From assembly GCA_024679065.1 (NCBI GenBank), contig JAGIQG010000013.1:56482001-56546000 (forward strand): a stretch of DNA of 64,000 nucleotides, in the 5' to 3' direction. The stretch comes from Sphyrna mokarran (taxonomy: Eukaryota). Position 1 is the stretch's first letter. Each line of letters opens with the position of its first letter. The translations under genes and the position numbers were made by a program. Shown in pieces: positions 39,780 through 52,724 of this stretch. A model generated the notes under the pieces. That model was not told the DNA's origin and ran no database searches. It saw only the letters and a program-made list of their open reading frames with translations.

Positions 39780-40250
39780 TAACTCAGATTGATGGTGGGG
39801 GCGTGGGGGGGTAGAGGCAGGTCAGATCATTCTCTGGTGGGGGGGTGGGAGGAGGAAGTGGGTCAGATGGTTCCTGGTGAGGAGGAGAGGAGGGCACATG
39901 TATCTCTGATGGGGGTGGGGAGGAGGGAGGCTCAATCATTCTCTGGGGGTGGGGGAGGGAGGACAACATGAGGCCAGATCGCTCTCTGGGAGGCAGGGAG
40001 GGGAAGGTCAGATAGATCTCAGATGGGGGGGGGCTGGGAGGGCCCAATTATTCTCTGATGGTGGGAGGAGAGGAAGGTCAGATGGATCTCTGCTGGAGAG
40101 ATGGGGGGGAGGACTGATCATTCTCTCGTGGGGAGGGGGGGAGGAGGAATCACTCTCTGGGAGGGAAGCCAGATCATTCTCTGGTGGGAGGAGCAGGGGT
40201 GTCCGCTGCCACTCTGTGAGTGATCAGTGGCAGGGAGGAGAAGTGGGACA
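39780..40250. repeat. G-rich degenerate minisatellite inside a probable TIR element (~39420-40597)
   Basis: About ten units of roughly agatc(a/g)(tt)ctctgGTGGGGGG..gagg, ~35-40 bp each. Confidence 0.8.
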
Positions 40251-40694
40251 GGGGATTGTCTTCGGTCTGGGTAGCGGGGAAGAGGTAGGTGGATTCGGTG
40301 GACAATTATGCTGTGGGGGTAAGGCAATATCTGTGGGGGCCATCACTCTCGGGCTGCTTTTTGCAGCCCGGGACCCGATGTGGCAGGGGCATGTTTTTCA
40401 AATTTTTTTTACTGTACATGCGCAGTTCAGAGCTTCAGTTGGACCAGCAGCATTTCAGGCACGATAAGCCCCGTTCACAGCATGATTCAGACTCACAAAT
40501 TTTTTTTTCATTCTAAATGCGTATGGGTGTGCCTGAGAACAGGTTTCCAAGTTGCACCCAGGTTCAGCACTTAGAATTAAAATGGTAACCTTGGGCCCTT
40601 GATATAATGAAATAGTTTGAAGCTGGAAAGCTGTGGTTTACTCTACTTATGTGGCCTCTAAAGGAGACTTCATTAGATATTTTTATTAATTCAT

Positions 40695-41455
40695 TTACAG
40701 GGGGTGATCATTGTTGACTACACCAGCATTTAATGCCCATCACTAATTGCCCTTGAGGAGGTGGTGATGAGCCGCCTTCTGGAACTGTTGCAGTCCCTGA
40801 GGTGTAGGTACACCCACAGGAATGTTAGGGAGAGAATTCCAGGATTTTGACCCAGTGACAATGAAGAAATAATGATGCATTTCCAAATCAGGATGGTGAG
40901 TGGCTTGGAGGGGAATTTTCAAATGGTGGGGTTCCCAGGTACCTGCTGCTCCTGTCCTTCTAGATGGCAGTGGTCATGAGTTTGGAAGATGCTGTCTAAG
41001 GAGCCTTGGTGAATTCCTGCAGTCCGTCTTGTAGATGTAATACATAGCTGCTATTGTACATCAGTGATGGAGAGAATGAATATTTGTGGATGGGGTAGCA
41101 ATCAAGTGGACTGCTTTGTCCTGGATGATGTTAAGTTTCTTGAGTATTGTTAGAACAATTATCATCCAGGGAAGTAGAGAATATTCAATTGCACCCCTGA
41201 CTTGGGCTTTTGTAGGTGGTGGACAGGCTTTGGGGAGTCGAGAGGTGAGTTTTTTGCTGCAGGATCTCTAACCTTTGTCCTATTCTGGTAGTCACAGTCT
41301 TTATATGGCTAGTCCAGTTCAGTTTCTGGTCAATGGTAACCTCCCCAGGGTGTTGATAGTGGGGCAATTCAGTGATGGTAAAGCTAATGAATGTCCAAAT
41401 GGTTAAATTGTATCTTGTTGGAAATAGTCATTGTCTGGCACATGTGTGGCACACA
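40695..41455 (-). mobile_element. Second-family CR1/L2-group LINE 3' fragment
   Basis: Minus ORF VTIDQKLNWTSHIKTVTTRIGQRL..LSTPQSLSTTYK; family tail. Confidence 0.8.
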
Positions 41456-41459
41456 TGTG

Positions 41460-42170
41460 AAGGGTATTTGACATATTGGGATGACAGGAAGTTCAGGAGT
41501 GAGGGTGTAGCTCTGTTAATTAAGAATGGCATAAGTTCAGTACACTACTGAGAGACCTTATCTTAAAAGAGCAATTGTAGATTCATTTTGGCTGGAGAAA
41601 AGAAATAGCAAAGCTCACTTGTGGGATTCATTTATAGGCCTCCTAACAATTGAAATACAATGATACAGAACATTCAGGAAGAAATAAATGGATTGTGTAA
41701 AAAAGGTCCCACAATAATCATGGGTAACTTCAATTTACATGTAGATTGAAAAAATCAGATCGGCAAAGATAGCCTGGAAAATGATTCATAGAGTATTTAT
41801 GGGAAAAGTGATGTAGTACGTAGTGTAGGAGGTAACATATTAACATGGATAAAAGGTTGATTGGCTAGCAGGAAACAGAGAGTAGGGATAAATGGGTATT
41901 TTTCAGATTGGCAAGCTATAACTAGTAGAGTGCCATATGATCAGTGCTGGGTTCTGAAATATTCACAATCTTTATCGATAACTTGGATGGAAGGATCAAA
42001 TATATGGTAGCTAAATTTACTAATGACCCAAGGTAGGTAGGAAAATAAGTTGTGAAGAGAAAGTCGAGAGTCTACAGATAGAGACTGATTACGTCAATGG
42101 GCAAAAACGAGGCTGAAGAAGTATAATGTGAATAAATGCAAACTTGTTCACTTGACAGGAAGAGTAGAAA
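41460..42170 (+). mobile_element. Old, internally deleted CR1 fragment (APE plus RT remnants)
   Basis: Decayed GVALLIK, IYRPPN, IIMGNFN and VAKFTND motifs. Confidence 0.7.
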
Positions 42171-43523
42171 TGCCCTCCCCCCCACCACCCCGTGGAATTT
42201 CATGAATGGACACAGCAATTCCGACATAAGGCAATTTATAACATAGAACTTTGTCCCTGATTTGCAGGCCATCAAAGATGTCCCTGATTTGAAGGCTGGA
42301 TCTAAGCTGGACAACTGATGAAGACTTTATCGGAGGAAGCAAATCAAGGTGAATCTGCAGAAGCTGCACAATGTAGGAAACAAATTACCTTTAATTGTAA
42401 TTAGGTGGCACAGAGGTTTAGCAAAATGCAAAGTCCCTCACAAAGTTTTAAATTGTCCCTATACTAATGAGAACGTTTGTAGTAGTCACTATATTTCAGA
42501 ATAGTTTAGTTTTGAACAATTTCTGCATGCAGCTTTAAAAAGATGAACTAAGGGGGCAGTTACACCAATCACCAGTTCTAATAAAGGTCATTCACCTGAA
42601 ACGCAAAGCGTTTCTCTTCACAGGCAATACTGGACCGGCTGAGTATTTCAAGCATTTTCTGTTTTTATTTCAGATTTCCAATATCTGCTGCATTTTGCCA
42701 ATGTTGCAGTAATCCTGAAAGAGAAAGACTGATGCTCTTGCCTATATTAGTGGGTGATCACCTGATGTATTTGCATTACACTCCATTCTGATTTTAGTAG
42801 ACAATCCTATTCCTTTTCGGTATACATAGTTGACACCTTTAGCTGAAAGAGTGTTACTGATAATAAGTATGCTTGAAATAATTATCCGAGTGGACGGGAT
42901 TGGGAACCCAGATCCTTGAAGGTTTTATGATTTGCCATTGGATTGCTACTTGTTTGTAGCTATATGTGCAGAGCCAGCAACTCCACCATTCACCATCAGT
43001 GATGGGCCTTCAGCCTAGAGTGGGAATTGATTTGGAGCATTGAGCAAAGCAGGATAAATGGGGGACAGTGGTTCACAGAGTTTAAAGAATTCTATTGGAA
43101 TGCCAATCCCCACAACCCTAAACAAATTGTATAAACACCTAATATTCCCAAAAAAGCCTTTAATTAATACAAGAACTTAGCGTGAAAGTTGTATTTGTTC
43201 AGTACTTTTCATTGATTAGCTCAGGTTGATCAGGCTTCTCTGAGGAAGGCTGTGTTTTCTAGAATCAGATGTTGATTTCTGTGTTACTTGGATCTGTGAG
43301 ATTTGCTTTCCTGACTGTTGGATCTTCTCCATTTATCAAATTTCAAATTGTGTAACAGCTCTGCTGAGTCTTATATAAATTGCAAAATATTTCAACAATA
43401 GCTCAGAAGTGTCGGGTACATTGCTTACTTTTCAAATTGTGATTCTGAATTCTACCTCCGGCTATAGCCCTTCCTCAATGATTGATGGTGTTATATACAG
43501 CCTGTCTTCACTATTACAATGAA

Positions 43524-43838
43524 ATCATTGAATTTCCATAGTGTAGAAAATGGCCATTTGGCCCATCAAGCCTGCACCAACACCAATTCCATCCTATCCC
43601 CGTATCCCCACAAAATCTTCCTTTGATCCTTGGTGTCACCAAGGGTTGCTTTAGCATGGCCAATCAACCTAACCCGCACATCTTTGCAATGTGAGAGAAA
43701 ACTGGAGCACCAGGACGAAACCCATGCAGACACATGGAGAATGTGCAAACTCCACACAGTCAGCCACCCAAGGCCAGAATTGAATACGGGTTCCTGGTGC
43801 TGTGAGGCAGCAGTGCTAACCATTGTGCCACCGTACCA
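43524..43838 (-). mobile_element. HE1-type V-SINE
   Basis: Reverse-complement head, V core and tail. Confidence 0.9.
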
Positions 43839-44389
43839 CCTCCTGTCATCACAATTCTAATGGACCATAGACTGCTCTTTCCTTGTGAGAGAAAGCTGAC
43901 CGGTGGTGATTTAACTTGAAGGTCACTACAAGGTTGGATAGGCAGAGGTAAGGTTGGGAAGGCACAGCTTTCATGAATAACTCAACTGATATGGGAATTC
44001 AACCAGCGCTGTTGGCATCACTCCACAAACCAGCTAACCAACCTCCATTAAAATATATATCCACTAAATGAATTTATGTACTAAATTCACCATTGTTCAA
44101 ATTATCTCTGATTCATGAATCCTGGTATTCAAGCCACTTTGTTACATTTATTCTCATATTTTTTACCCTCTGGCTTAAATCCATAGACCTGAAGTTTTGG
44201 GAAGGGTCTTTCTGGGCACTGTTGCCAGGTAGATTGTGGCAGATTAGTTTATTCTGCCATCATGTGGAGCTTTCTTTCTCATTTCAATTCTAATCTGAAT
44301 GGATCTTCACTAATATTCTGCTGCTCTTGGCTTGACTCATGGTCAATAGTGAGTTGAAAGCCATTACAATTCAAGATTTGAGTTAGTAT

Positions 44390-44660
44390 AAAGCAAAAAA
44401 TCCAGAATTAAAAGTCTAATGATGACCACAAAGCCTTTGTTGATTGTCGTAAAACTTATCGAATTCTCTAATGCCCTTATGGGAAGGAAATCTGTCATCC
44501 TTACCTGGTTTGGCCTATGTGAAATTCCAGATCCCAGCAATGTAGTTTACTCTTAAATGCCCTCTGAAATGGCCAAACAAGCCTCTCGGGTTAAGAGCAA
44601 TCAGGGACGGGCACCAAATGCTGCCCCAGCCAGCGACTTCCATGTTCCATGAAAGAATGA
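44390..44660 (+). mobile_element. SINE-like repeat sharing the second LINE family's tail
   Basis: gggaaggaaatctgtcatccttacctgg core and tail agggacgggcaccaaatgctg; related copies at ~20545-20810(-), 22555-22770(-) and 45020-45250(+). Confidence 0.6.
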
Positions 44661-45929
44661 ACCAAATTTGAAAAGTATAACTGATTTTTACTTACTGATC
44701 AATGAATGAATCTAATAGGAATCACCCCCAAGAGAGAGATTGCATGTATGAAAACTAAATAGTCAGTGACCATTTTCACACTTGGCTTTGTCTACTGACA
44801 GTGCCTTCCACCTCTCCCAGCCAAACATCAGCATGTGGCTATTGCCTTTAAAATTGTTTCTGTGGTTAGTATAATTTATCTAAGTTAATATGCATTTCTA
44901 AAGACTGCTCTAAATATTCTGAGAAAATGTAATAGCTAATTGATGCATGTTCTTAAATCGTTCATTGAGCAGACAGTTTAGTTGCTTCTGACAGATGAGT
45001 GCATTTGGCATTCATTACAGGACCAGCAATCCAGAGACCAGAACTCACAATCCCGAGAACATAAGCACTGAATCTCACCATGGCTATTAGAGAATTTGAA
45101 TTGTGTTTATTGTCCTATAGACAAGGAAACCTAAAGTCCTTGCCTGGTTTTGTTTATAGATCTGCACAAATGTGGTCAATGCTTAACTGCCTTGCGAAGT
45201 AGCCCTCTGACCTAACAAGAAGTCATATTGAACCAATACCAGCGGTTCAGAAGAACGCCCACCTGAGGACAAACAGGATGGACTTGAAAGCTGATACTGT
45301 TTAGTGTCAGTATCTGTTTACTGTATATGAAATAACACAGAGTCAACAGTCAAAGTAGCCTGATGTTGCCAGCTTAATGACATCTGAATCCAATAACTTT
45401 GGTAGATAGATAGCAATCTTTTTTTAAGTATTTCAAGAAGGCAACTCATCACCATCTTCTAAAGAGAATTAGAAATAGGCAATAAACGTTGGCCTAATTA
45501 GCAAAGTTTATATTCCTTGAATGAATTTTTAAAAATGCCCTCTATCTTACTGTTGACTCCAAGTGGATTTTGAATATTCATCATAATATTGGAAAAATGC
45601 AAACAAAGCAGCAGCATCTTTAAAATGTGTGATCTCTAAAACTTAAAACAATGAGGGTAAGCAAACAGACAGGGGCAATACCCACCTGCAAGTTCCACTC
45701 AAATTCACACATCATCCTGACATGCCAGCATTTTATTGCTTCTTCACTATCATTGAGCCAAAAATCTTGGAACTTCTTTCCTAACAGCATTGTGGTTGTA
45801 TCTACAATACATGGACTGCAGCAGTTCAAGAAGGCAGCTCACCACCGACTTTTCAAGGGCAATTAGAAATGGGGAATAAATACCAACATTGCCAGACATG
45901 CTCGCATCCTAGGGAATACATGGAGAAAT

Positions 45930-46340
45930 GGAAGATTTGTTTTTATATCACACCATTCATGATTACTGGATACAGCAAAGCCCTTTACAGACAATTAAAT
46001 TCTTCAGCAGTGTAATCACTGCAATAATGCAGGAAGCACAGCAGCCAGTTTGCATTTAGCAAACTCCCACAAACAGCACTGTGATTCTGAGCAGACAGTC
46101 AGCTTTTGTGCTGATGACTGAAGGATAAATATTGGTCAGAATATCGGGAATAACTCCTGTGCTCTTCTCTGAAATCATGTCAATAGATCTTTTACATTGA
46201 CCTGAGAAAGCAACCCAAAAGGCATTACCTCTGAAAGTGTAGCCATCCAACAGTACTGTGCTGAATGTCAGCCTTAATTTTTGTACTCAAGTTCAGAAAC
46301 TTCATGCTCAGAGATGAGAGTGCTATCAGTTGAGCCATAG
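45930..46340 (-). mobile_element. Deu-domain SINE, degenerate
   Basis: Reverse complement of the 4690 and 9590 family, including a tRNA-like head (tcagttgagcca). Confidence 0.7.
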
Positions 46341-47279
46341 CTGATAAAACTGATGCCATAGATGATGAGTAGAGCAATGTATGCCAGGTAAAGAAGAAGT
46401 ATCCAGGCTATGACAGTTTATATACCCTGACTGGCAAATATAAGAAAAATATAAAAGGCATAACTGTATGAAACACCACAAAGTATTGTAGCGTTTCATA
46501 CAAAGTATTGTGGTGTTTCATACAATAGTGTAACCTAAAAGCTTTTGTGAATAACTTTCAGGGAGAACTCACAGCTGTGGATTTTCTATCAAAAACTAGA
46601 TTACAAATGTTTTATGGATTGTTCCAGATACGAGTTTAGAGTATGGCAGACAATAAACACTATTTTTAGAATAAAACAAAACTTCACAACGGCACAGCTT
46701 TCAAAATATTCCTCCTCCTTGTTACAGGAATTGTCACAGTATATGCATGTTTTGTAAAGCATTATAAAGGTTGTCGGAAGAAACCCAAAGATGTTTCCAG
46801 GATAACAGAAGCAAAATCACAAATGGACCCCAAGCTCTTCAAAACAGCAATTTATAATTTCCATGACTTGATGACTTGGTTTTATTTCTTGTAGTTTTCT
46901 GTAATAATGTTGATAATACAGCATAATACAGGCACATATGTGAGAGCGAATTTCCCTTCTTGACTAATTCTGATACCGTTTTAATAAACGGACCTTTGAA
47001 GATCCACTCCGAACAATGGTTATTATCAGTTATTTTGGCGAGTTTCTGCCCTTTTTAAGGTAAGTGAGCAATGATAGCAGAATTAAGTGTGGAGCACTTT
47101 TCGCCAACAATGCATGTTAGTCCCAACCACAGAAGTGCCCCTGGACTGCCACAGCTTTTATTCCTTAATTAACCATCATGATTGCCACTCAGTTTAGTGC
47201 CTGCTTATGCCACATGAGAGCTATTTTCATTCCATTCTAATGGAAACTTGGTTGGAGACAAACCAAATTCATTTCATCA

Positions 47280-47635
47280 AATCCCACAGATTGTCTACAG
47301 TGCAGAAGGAGACCATTCAGCCCGTTGAGTCTGCTCCATCTCTCAGACAGAGTATCCTACCCAGGCCGTCTCCCCTGTACTATCCCCATAACCCTACACA
47401 TTGCCATGGCTAATCCGTCTAACCTACACATTTTTGGACACTAAGGGACCAATTAGTGTGGCCAATCTACCTAACCTGCACGTCTTTGGACTCTTAGAGG
47501 AAACCAGAGCATCCAGAGGAAACCCATACAGACATAGGGAGAACGTGCAAAATCCACAGTGTTACCCAAGACCCAAAATGAACCTGGGTCTCTGGAACTA
47601 TAAGGCAGCAGTGCCAACCACTGTGTCACCATGCC
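47280..47635 (-). mobile_element. HE1-type V-SINE
   Basis: Reverse-complement head, V core and tail. Confidence 0.85.
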
Positions 47636-50600
47636 TCGTATAAAGCCCTTACAAATTACTGAGATGAGATTTCTATCCTATTGGTTTAGTTGAATTTCGA
47701 CCTTAGTTGCAGACAGAACTGCAGCAGGCAAACGTCCTCAGTCTCCCCAAACTGACAAATGCCAATTTCACAATGCAGCACGGGAATGCAATTCTCAAAC
47801 AGACCATACATTTGGGTTTCCCAATATTCTAAGGCCACCAGTCACTCTATTTTGAGAAAGGAAGTCAAGGGGAGGTTTATCACTGGGATCTAAAAAAACA
47901 CTGAAATTGTGGGTAGGTGTGGCCTACAACGATGTGTTCAGGGAACGCATTTTCATTTGTGGAAATAAAAAAGACACAGCCCATTCCAAACAATAATAAC
48001 AATGAGCCTTTAACATTTCTCGAGTTGCTAATAATAGCTTAACTGTAATAGGTGTCAGTGATTGCTTTGCCTGGCTGTAGAGTGATAAATGATTGACGGT
48101 ATGTACAAAGAGCTGCTGTTGGATATCAGTTTCTGGCAGCCCCTGTCCTGATGAGATATGAGTGGTTTTAATTCAACATTACAAAAGGTGCAAGTGATTT
48201 GACAGGCCACCAGACATCTGGTTAGCATTGCCTCATGACTGTCTGGGCTTGTCGGCAGATCCAGAAGGAATTCTGTGCAAGGAAAGGACAGGATTTGATT
48301 GTCAATGTGTAAAGTCAGAGTTATGTGACATGAAGAAAATGAGGAGATGTTAAGCATATATGCGAGAGGAATGTGCTCACTATGAGAAATGGTGGTGAGG
48401 ATGTTGCAAATAATATTACTGTGAGAATGAAATGAACAAGCAAGGAGATGGCAAGGGAAATGTGCTACAGGAAGGAATTGCTCTTGGTATAAAGACTAAG
48501 TTGGCATTCCATCAAACCTTGCAAAATGAATCAGTTGGTGGGCCATCAGATGAGACAGGATATTGTTTATGTGAACACTGTTGTTGAATTCTTTGTTAGG
48601 GACAACTTAGAAAGTACAAAGCCTTCAGAGGTTGGGGAAGAGCAACAATAACTTGCATTTATGTAGTGCCTTTAATGTAGCAAAACAGCCCAAGACTTCA
48701 TAGTTGGGCATCACCTATTGTTCATTTTACTAGGGATTTGCATCAGCATCTCCACACATCAATTGATTGTGCTTAACTGTCTGATGGTACAAGTCACAAA
48801 GTCTGCTTCTTACTATTCCCTTCATGGGCAAAAGTCAACCTTTAAGGCAAAGCAGAATTGAATCTCTCAACAGACCAACACATGTTATTTCTCAGACAGT
48901 AGCACAGAAACATATAATGCATAGAGGATTTTGAAAAACAAGAAAGCCAGACCAATAACAGAGCACTGAAAATGAAAGGGTAACATTGATGTTAGATGAT
49001 GAGGAGTTAATTGGTGCGTGGCAGAGAAATACCTAAGTAACTACATAACTGGGAATGCAATGGCTGCTTCCAAAATGGCATTCAGCATACTTTCAAGGGA
49101 GATAGGGCATTGCAGACTGTGGTCTAAAAATGATTTTCTCAAACTTCCTAATGCTCCAAAAATGGACATAAATGCAATCAAACTTTTCATTGCATTGTAA
49201 ACTGGAGTTAAATATTTATTGTTGAATTATTTTTCTCATATCTTCCAATTATCATTCAGTGAAAATGTCTCTTAATTGGCTGTTAACAAGCCTTTGGAAA
49301 TGACACTGCCCTCTGAACTTTGGACGGAGTTGCAATAAATACCCTGAGGGTAAATACAAATAATATTGCTCCCTACTGGCTTCTCATCCCCTGCTTTATC
49401 AGAGAGTCATACAGTGCAGAAAAGGCCCTTCGGCCCATCGAGACCACCTTCTTCCCTAAAATGAGCAAACAAAAACTAGAATCATTTAATCTTCCTGAGC
49501 AGCCGCCAGTAACTGGACTTGGGTGATGAACAGACATGAAAAGCTTTTCCTTATGTAACACTGCACTGCTGTTGCCTTTTACACGTTTGGAAAGGAGCTC
49601 AGTGTTCAAACAAATGGAAGTTTAATCTAAAAGAAAACATTTGTTTCCCAACAAACCGAACAGGAAGCAAAGTCCCTGGCTGACAGAGAGATGATATAAG
49701 CAATCTCCAGTGATTCTCCAACCAATGGGGCAGACTGATTTGCTCCTTCCTTGCACTTTTGGGTAAACAACTCAATTTGAGCAATAGCTGATTACTCATG
49801 TGTAATATATATGTATTGTTAGAGGAGTGTATGTGTTTATACATGAGGTATTGTCCCTCCAGCAATCAGTGGGGGCTTGCTGAGTCCTTGCTGATAAAAC
49901 AGAATAGAATTTCTAAAGAAGAACATGACTTACAAGAAATCTGAGGGGGACCCCCCCACACGCTCCCCAGCCTCATCCAAAGCCCCCATTCCCCCCCTTT
50001 TTATTTTTGCAGAAATTATTATTATTTTTTCCACCTGCCAGCAGCCGAGAGTTTCTAGCCGTCAAATTCCGGCATCGCTGAATCGCGCAGTCACTAGGAG
50101 AAATGTGTTTGCCAGCTGTTTGGGAAGCAGCCAAGGATTCTGACCTGTTGCTGGAAATCAGTCGGAATGTTTCCCAACTGCAGTCTACAGACCGGGGTGG
50201 GGAGTCACACTGGCCCTGGCAACCCCCAATGCTAGCCAGCCTCTCGAATGTATTGGCACAAGACAACTTTCTGCTGTAGACGGATTATCTGCCTGATTTA
50301 ACAAAAGAGCTCCAGATCAGAGTGTGAGGGGAAAGCGCAGCGTTCCTAGAAATTGCAGTACGAGTGTAGTAGTCCCTTGGCTAATGCACTGACACTTCCT
50401 CATCTTACTGCATCGATTGATTTGCAGGAGTGTTTTATTCGCCGGATTTGTAACGCCGCTACATATTGTATGGAATAAACTCAGCGCTTGTGTGAACGCT
50501 GTTCCGCCAAACCACTTGTAAAGTTGAGCAGGGACGGAGCAGAGAGGTGGTCAGGGGAGTGTTCAACTGTCTGAAGAGGCAATCATTTAAAATCAACTGA

Positions 50601-50876
50601 CTAGGATTAACCGCAGAGCCTCCTAACGTCTGAGACTTGCATGCAAATTCTTTTGAAGTTTCACACTCTGACATTATAACCAGACTGTAAAATACAAAGG
50701 ACCCGCTTGATTTTAAGTTTCTACCCTTCCCTAGTTACTGCTGGTACGATTTAGTTGAAGAGATAAAAAGACTTTTTCCACCAATCCCAGCAGCAAGAGA
50801 AGCGCTGGTGCAGAGATCAGCACCCTTCAGAAGCAGCCACTTTAAACACAGTAAAGGTGGTTTGATTTTACTTTAC

Positions 50877-50979
50877 CATCTTGTCCAGAGTTCAGTAAGT
50901 AGTCGCCCAGGTCGCAACCAAACGCTGTGTCCTTCGCACCTTTTCGTTTGCCTTTCTGTTTTGCTGCCTTGTTCTTCAT
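50877..50979 (-). CDS. ARHGAP31: Coding exon 1 of ARHGAP31/CdGAP-like Rho GTPase-activating protein
   Basis: ATG at 50979 gives MKNKAAKQKGKRKGAKDTAFGCDLGDYLLNSGQD plus 1 nt, then donor G|GTAAAG. Closely resembles the ARHGAP31 N-terminus as I recall it (MKNKGAKQKLKRKGAASAFGCDLTEYLESSGQD); less like ARHGAP30. Phase 1 matches exon 2. Confidence 0.92.
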
Positions 50980-51570
50980 GGGTGAGCAAGATGACTTGGA
51001 TGATCTGTGCCTCAAATCGCTCCGCACAAGAGCTGTCTGCAAACAACCATCAGTTCAGGGAGAGAAAATAAACAAAATCTCAGTGAATCTGCCTACGCCA
51101 ACAGGCAGTGCAGACTCACATCCTGACAGGCAGTTTTGGTAGCAGCACTGACTTTTGCACGATCCACATTGTGTGTGGGAAGAGACGATAGCGTTCCTTT
51201 TTCGTCCTCTCACCGGGGACAGTTTAACCGCTTGGCATCAATTTCTGAAGTTCGCGCAGCTCCAGATTTGTAGGAAACAAATTGGGAGATTTTTCTCCTC
51301 TCTCTTCCAGGCCCCGTGAAGACTGAGACTTTAAACATCAGCTTCCTGTGCCTTTTTCCCCCTTCCAAAGCATGTCAATGGTTTATCAATTTGTGCTCAG
51401 GAAATGCTGTAAGAAACCAAGGAAGTGAGGCACTAAGGACAAGCGTTGCTGTTAGCCGGGCCTGACAGCAGGGAGATAACGGCCCCAGTATTTAATAGTC
51501 ACAGCCTAACAGGAAACCTGGTGCAGGCCAGGCTTGGTGCTCAGTGCTAAACCACATCCTGTTGCAAAGT
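50980..51570 (-). promoter_or_regulatory. Putative 5'UTR and promoter of ARHGAP31-like gene
   Basis: Repeat-free and locally CpG-enriched (about 49.95-51.5 kb). Clustered ETS cores (caggaaat ~51398, aggaagtg ~51420, caggaaac ~51510, acatcctg ~51555), RUNX AAACCACA ~51549, GATA AGATAA ~51474, TATA-like TATTAAATA on minus at ~51489-51497. TSS not directly visible. Confidence 0.6.
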
Positions 51571-52724
51571 CTCTCAAAACTCATACACATAAGTAAAAAG
51601 AAGGTCCTATGGTTTTTATTAAGTGAACACCATAATGTTATAACATAGTTATAATTATGTAAAGGCCTTTTACCACGTAGCTGACTAATAATATTTTAAC
51701 GTAGCTAATTGCTCTTTAACAATATTTAAATTTGTGACCACTGAGCTGAATTACAGCACTGTTCACAAAATATTTATTTGGTCTCCACTGCAAAATAAAA
51801 TCAATGTTTAAATTCCTCCAGCACATTTCCATTTCTTTCCTCCTAAACTTTATGCATTCTCCTTAAAGGAACTTTTCTATGGGTTGATTAATAATGTGGA
51901 TGTCCACATTTATTCTGAATAACATAGTGAGATTTCTCATACTTATCTACAACCTGACAAGAGGTCGAACTGAATGAACTGTATTGATTTAATCTGCTGC
52001 CCAGAGCTAAGAAACTTGTTTCCTCCTTATATATGAGATTTCTGAATAAAATCTCAGAGAACAAGAGTAAATAATTATTATTTGGCTGACAGATTTGCTC
52101 AATTTGTGTTGAGACAAAGTACAGCAAGTTCTTATGGTCAAAATTATAAAAAAAAGTAAAGGTTTTCTTAATAATTAAATGTAATTTGTGGCAGTGTGAA
52201 ATGAATACTGAGGGAAAGTAAAAATATGCACTGAAATACTACCTTTCTATGACCTTAGGATGTCCCAGACCATTTTGCAGTCACTGAATACTTTTGTAGT
52301 GCGTAGGCATTTACTTTACGGTATGTTGAGCATTATTTGGTGTCAAGTTTCCTAATAACAAACAGCAATTGCCAACAAAATAATGATCAAAGTAACATTT
52401 CTACATAATAAGTTATCTGTTTTATTCTGAGGGTAAGTATTTTGATCCCTATATAACCAAAGATGTAGGGCCGGATTCTTCAATCTTGCCAGCAACTGGG
52501 ATTCTCTGGGCCCACTGCAGTGAATGAAGATGTTGCTGAGCGCCAAATTCTCTGTTCTCACTGGCAGCGTCAGTGGGGCATGAATAGCTGGAGAATTCCA
52601 GTCGCAATCACATTGTTCATGTTGCCATTTGAAGTTTCTTCATTTTTCTCCAATTCTTTACTCCATTTTGTCATCAGCATCCTGGACCTTTACCACGGGA
52701 GTCATTATTCACTGTATCAGCCCT

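Larger units (their letters stand above)
1726..50876 (-). other. ARHGAP31: Intron 1 of ARHGAP31-like gene (49,151 bp, GT-AG, phase 1)
   Basis: Joining exon 1 (..GAT G) to exon 2 (TT CCT..) restores the conserved SGQDVPQVL with no missing residues. Confidence 0.9.

Noticed and set aside
39780-40250. Repeat-spacer look resembling a CRISPR array
   Set aside because: Eukaryotic context, degenerate units, G-run spacers and no cas genes.
39949-40467. 172-aa Gly-rich ORF and overlapping Pro-rich ORFs
   Set aside because: By-product of the G-rich minisatellite; no domain or splice support.
50980-51042. In-frame TTG-initiated N-terminal extension of ARHGAP31
   Set aside because: Similarity to known orthologues starts at MKNK; nothing supports a non-AUG start.
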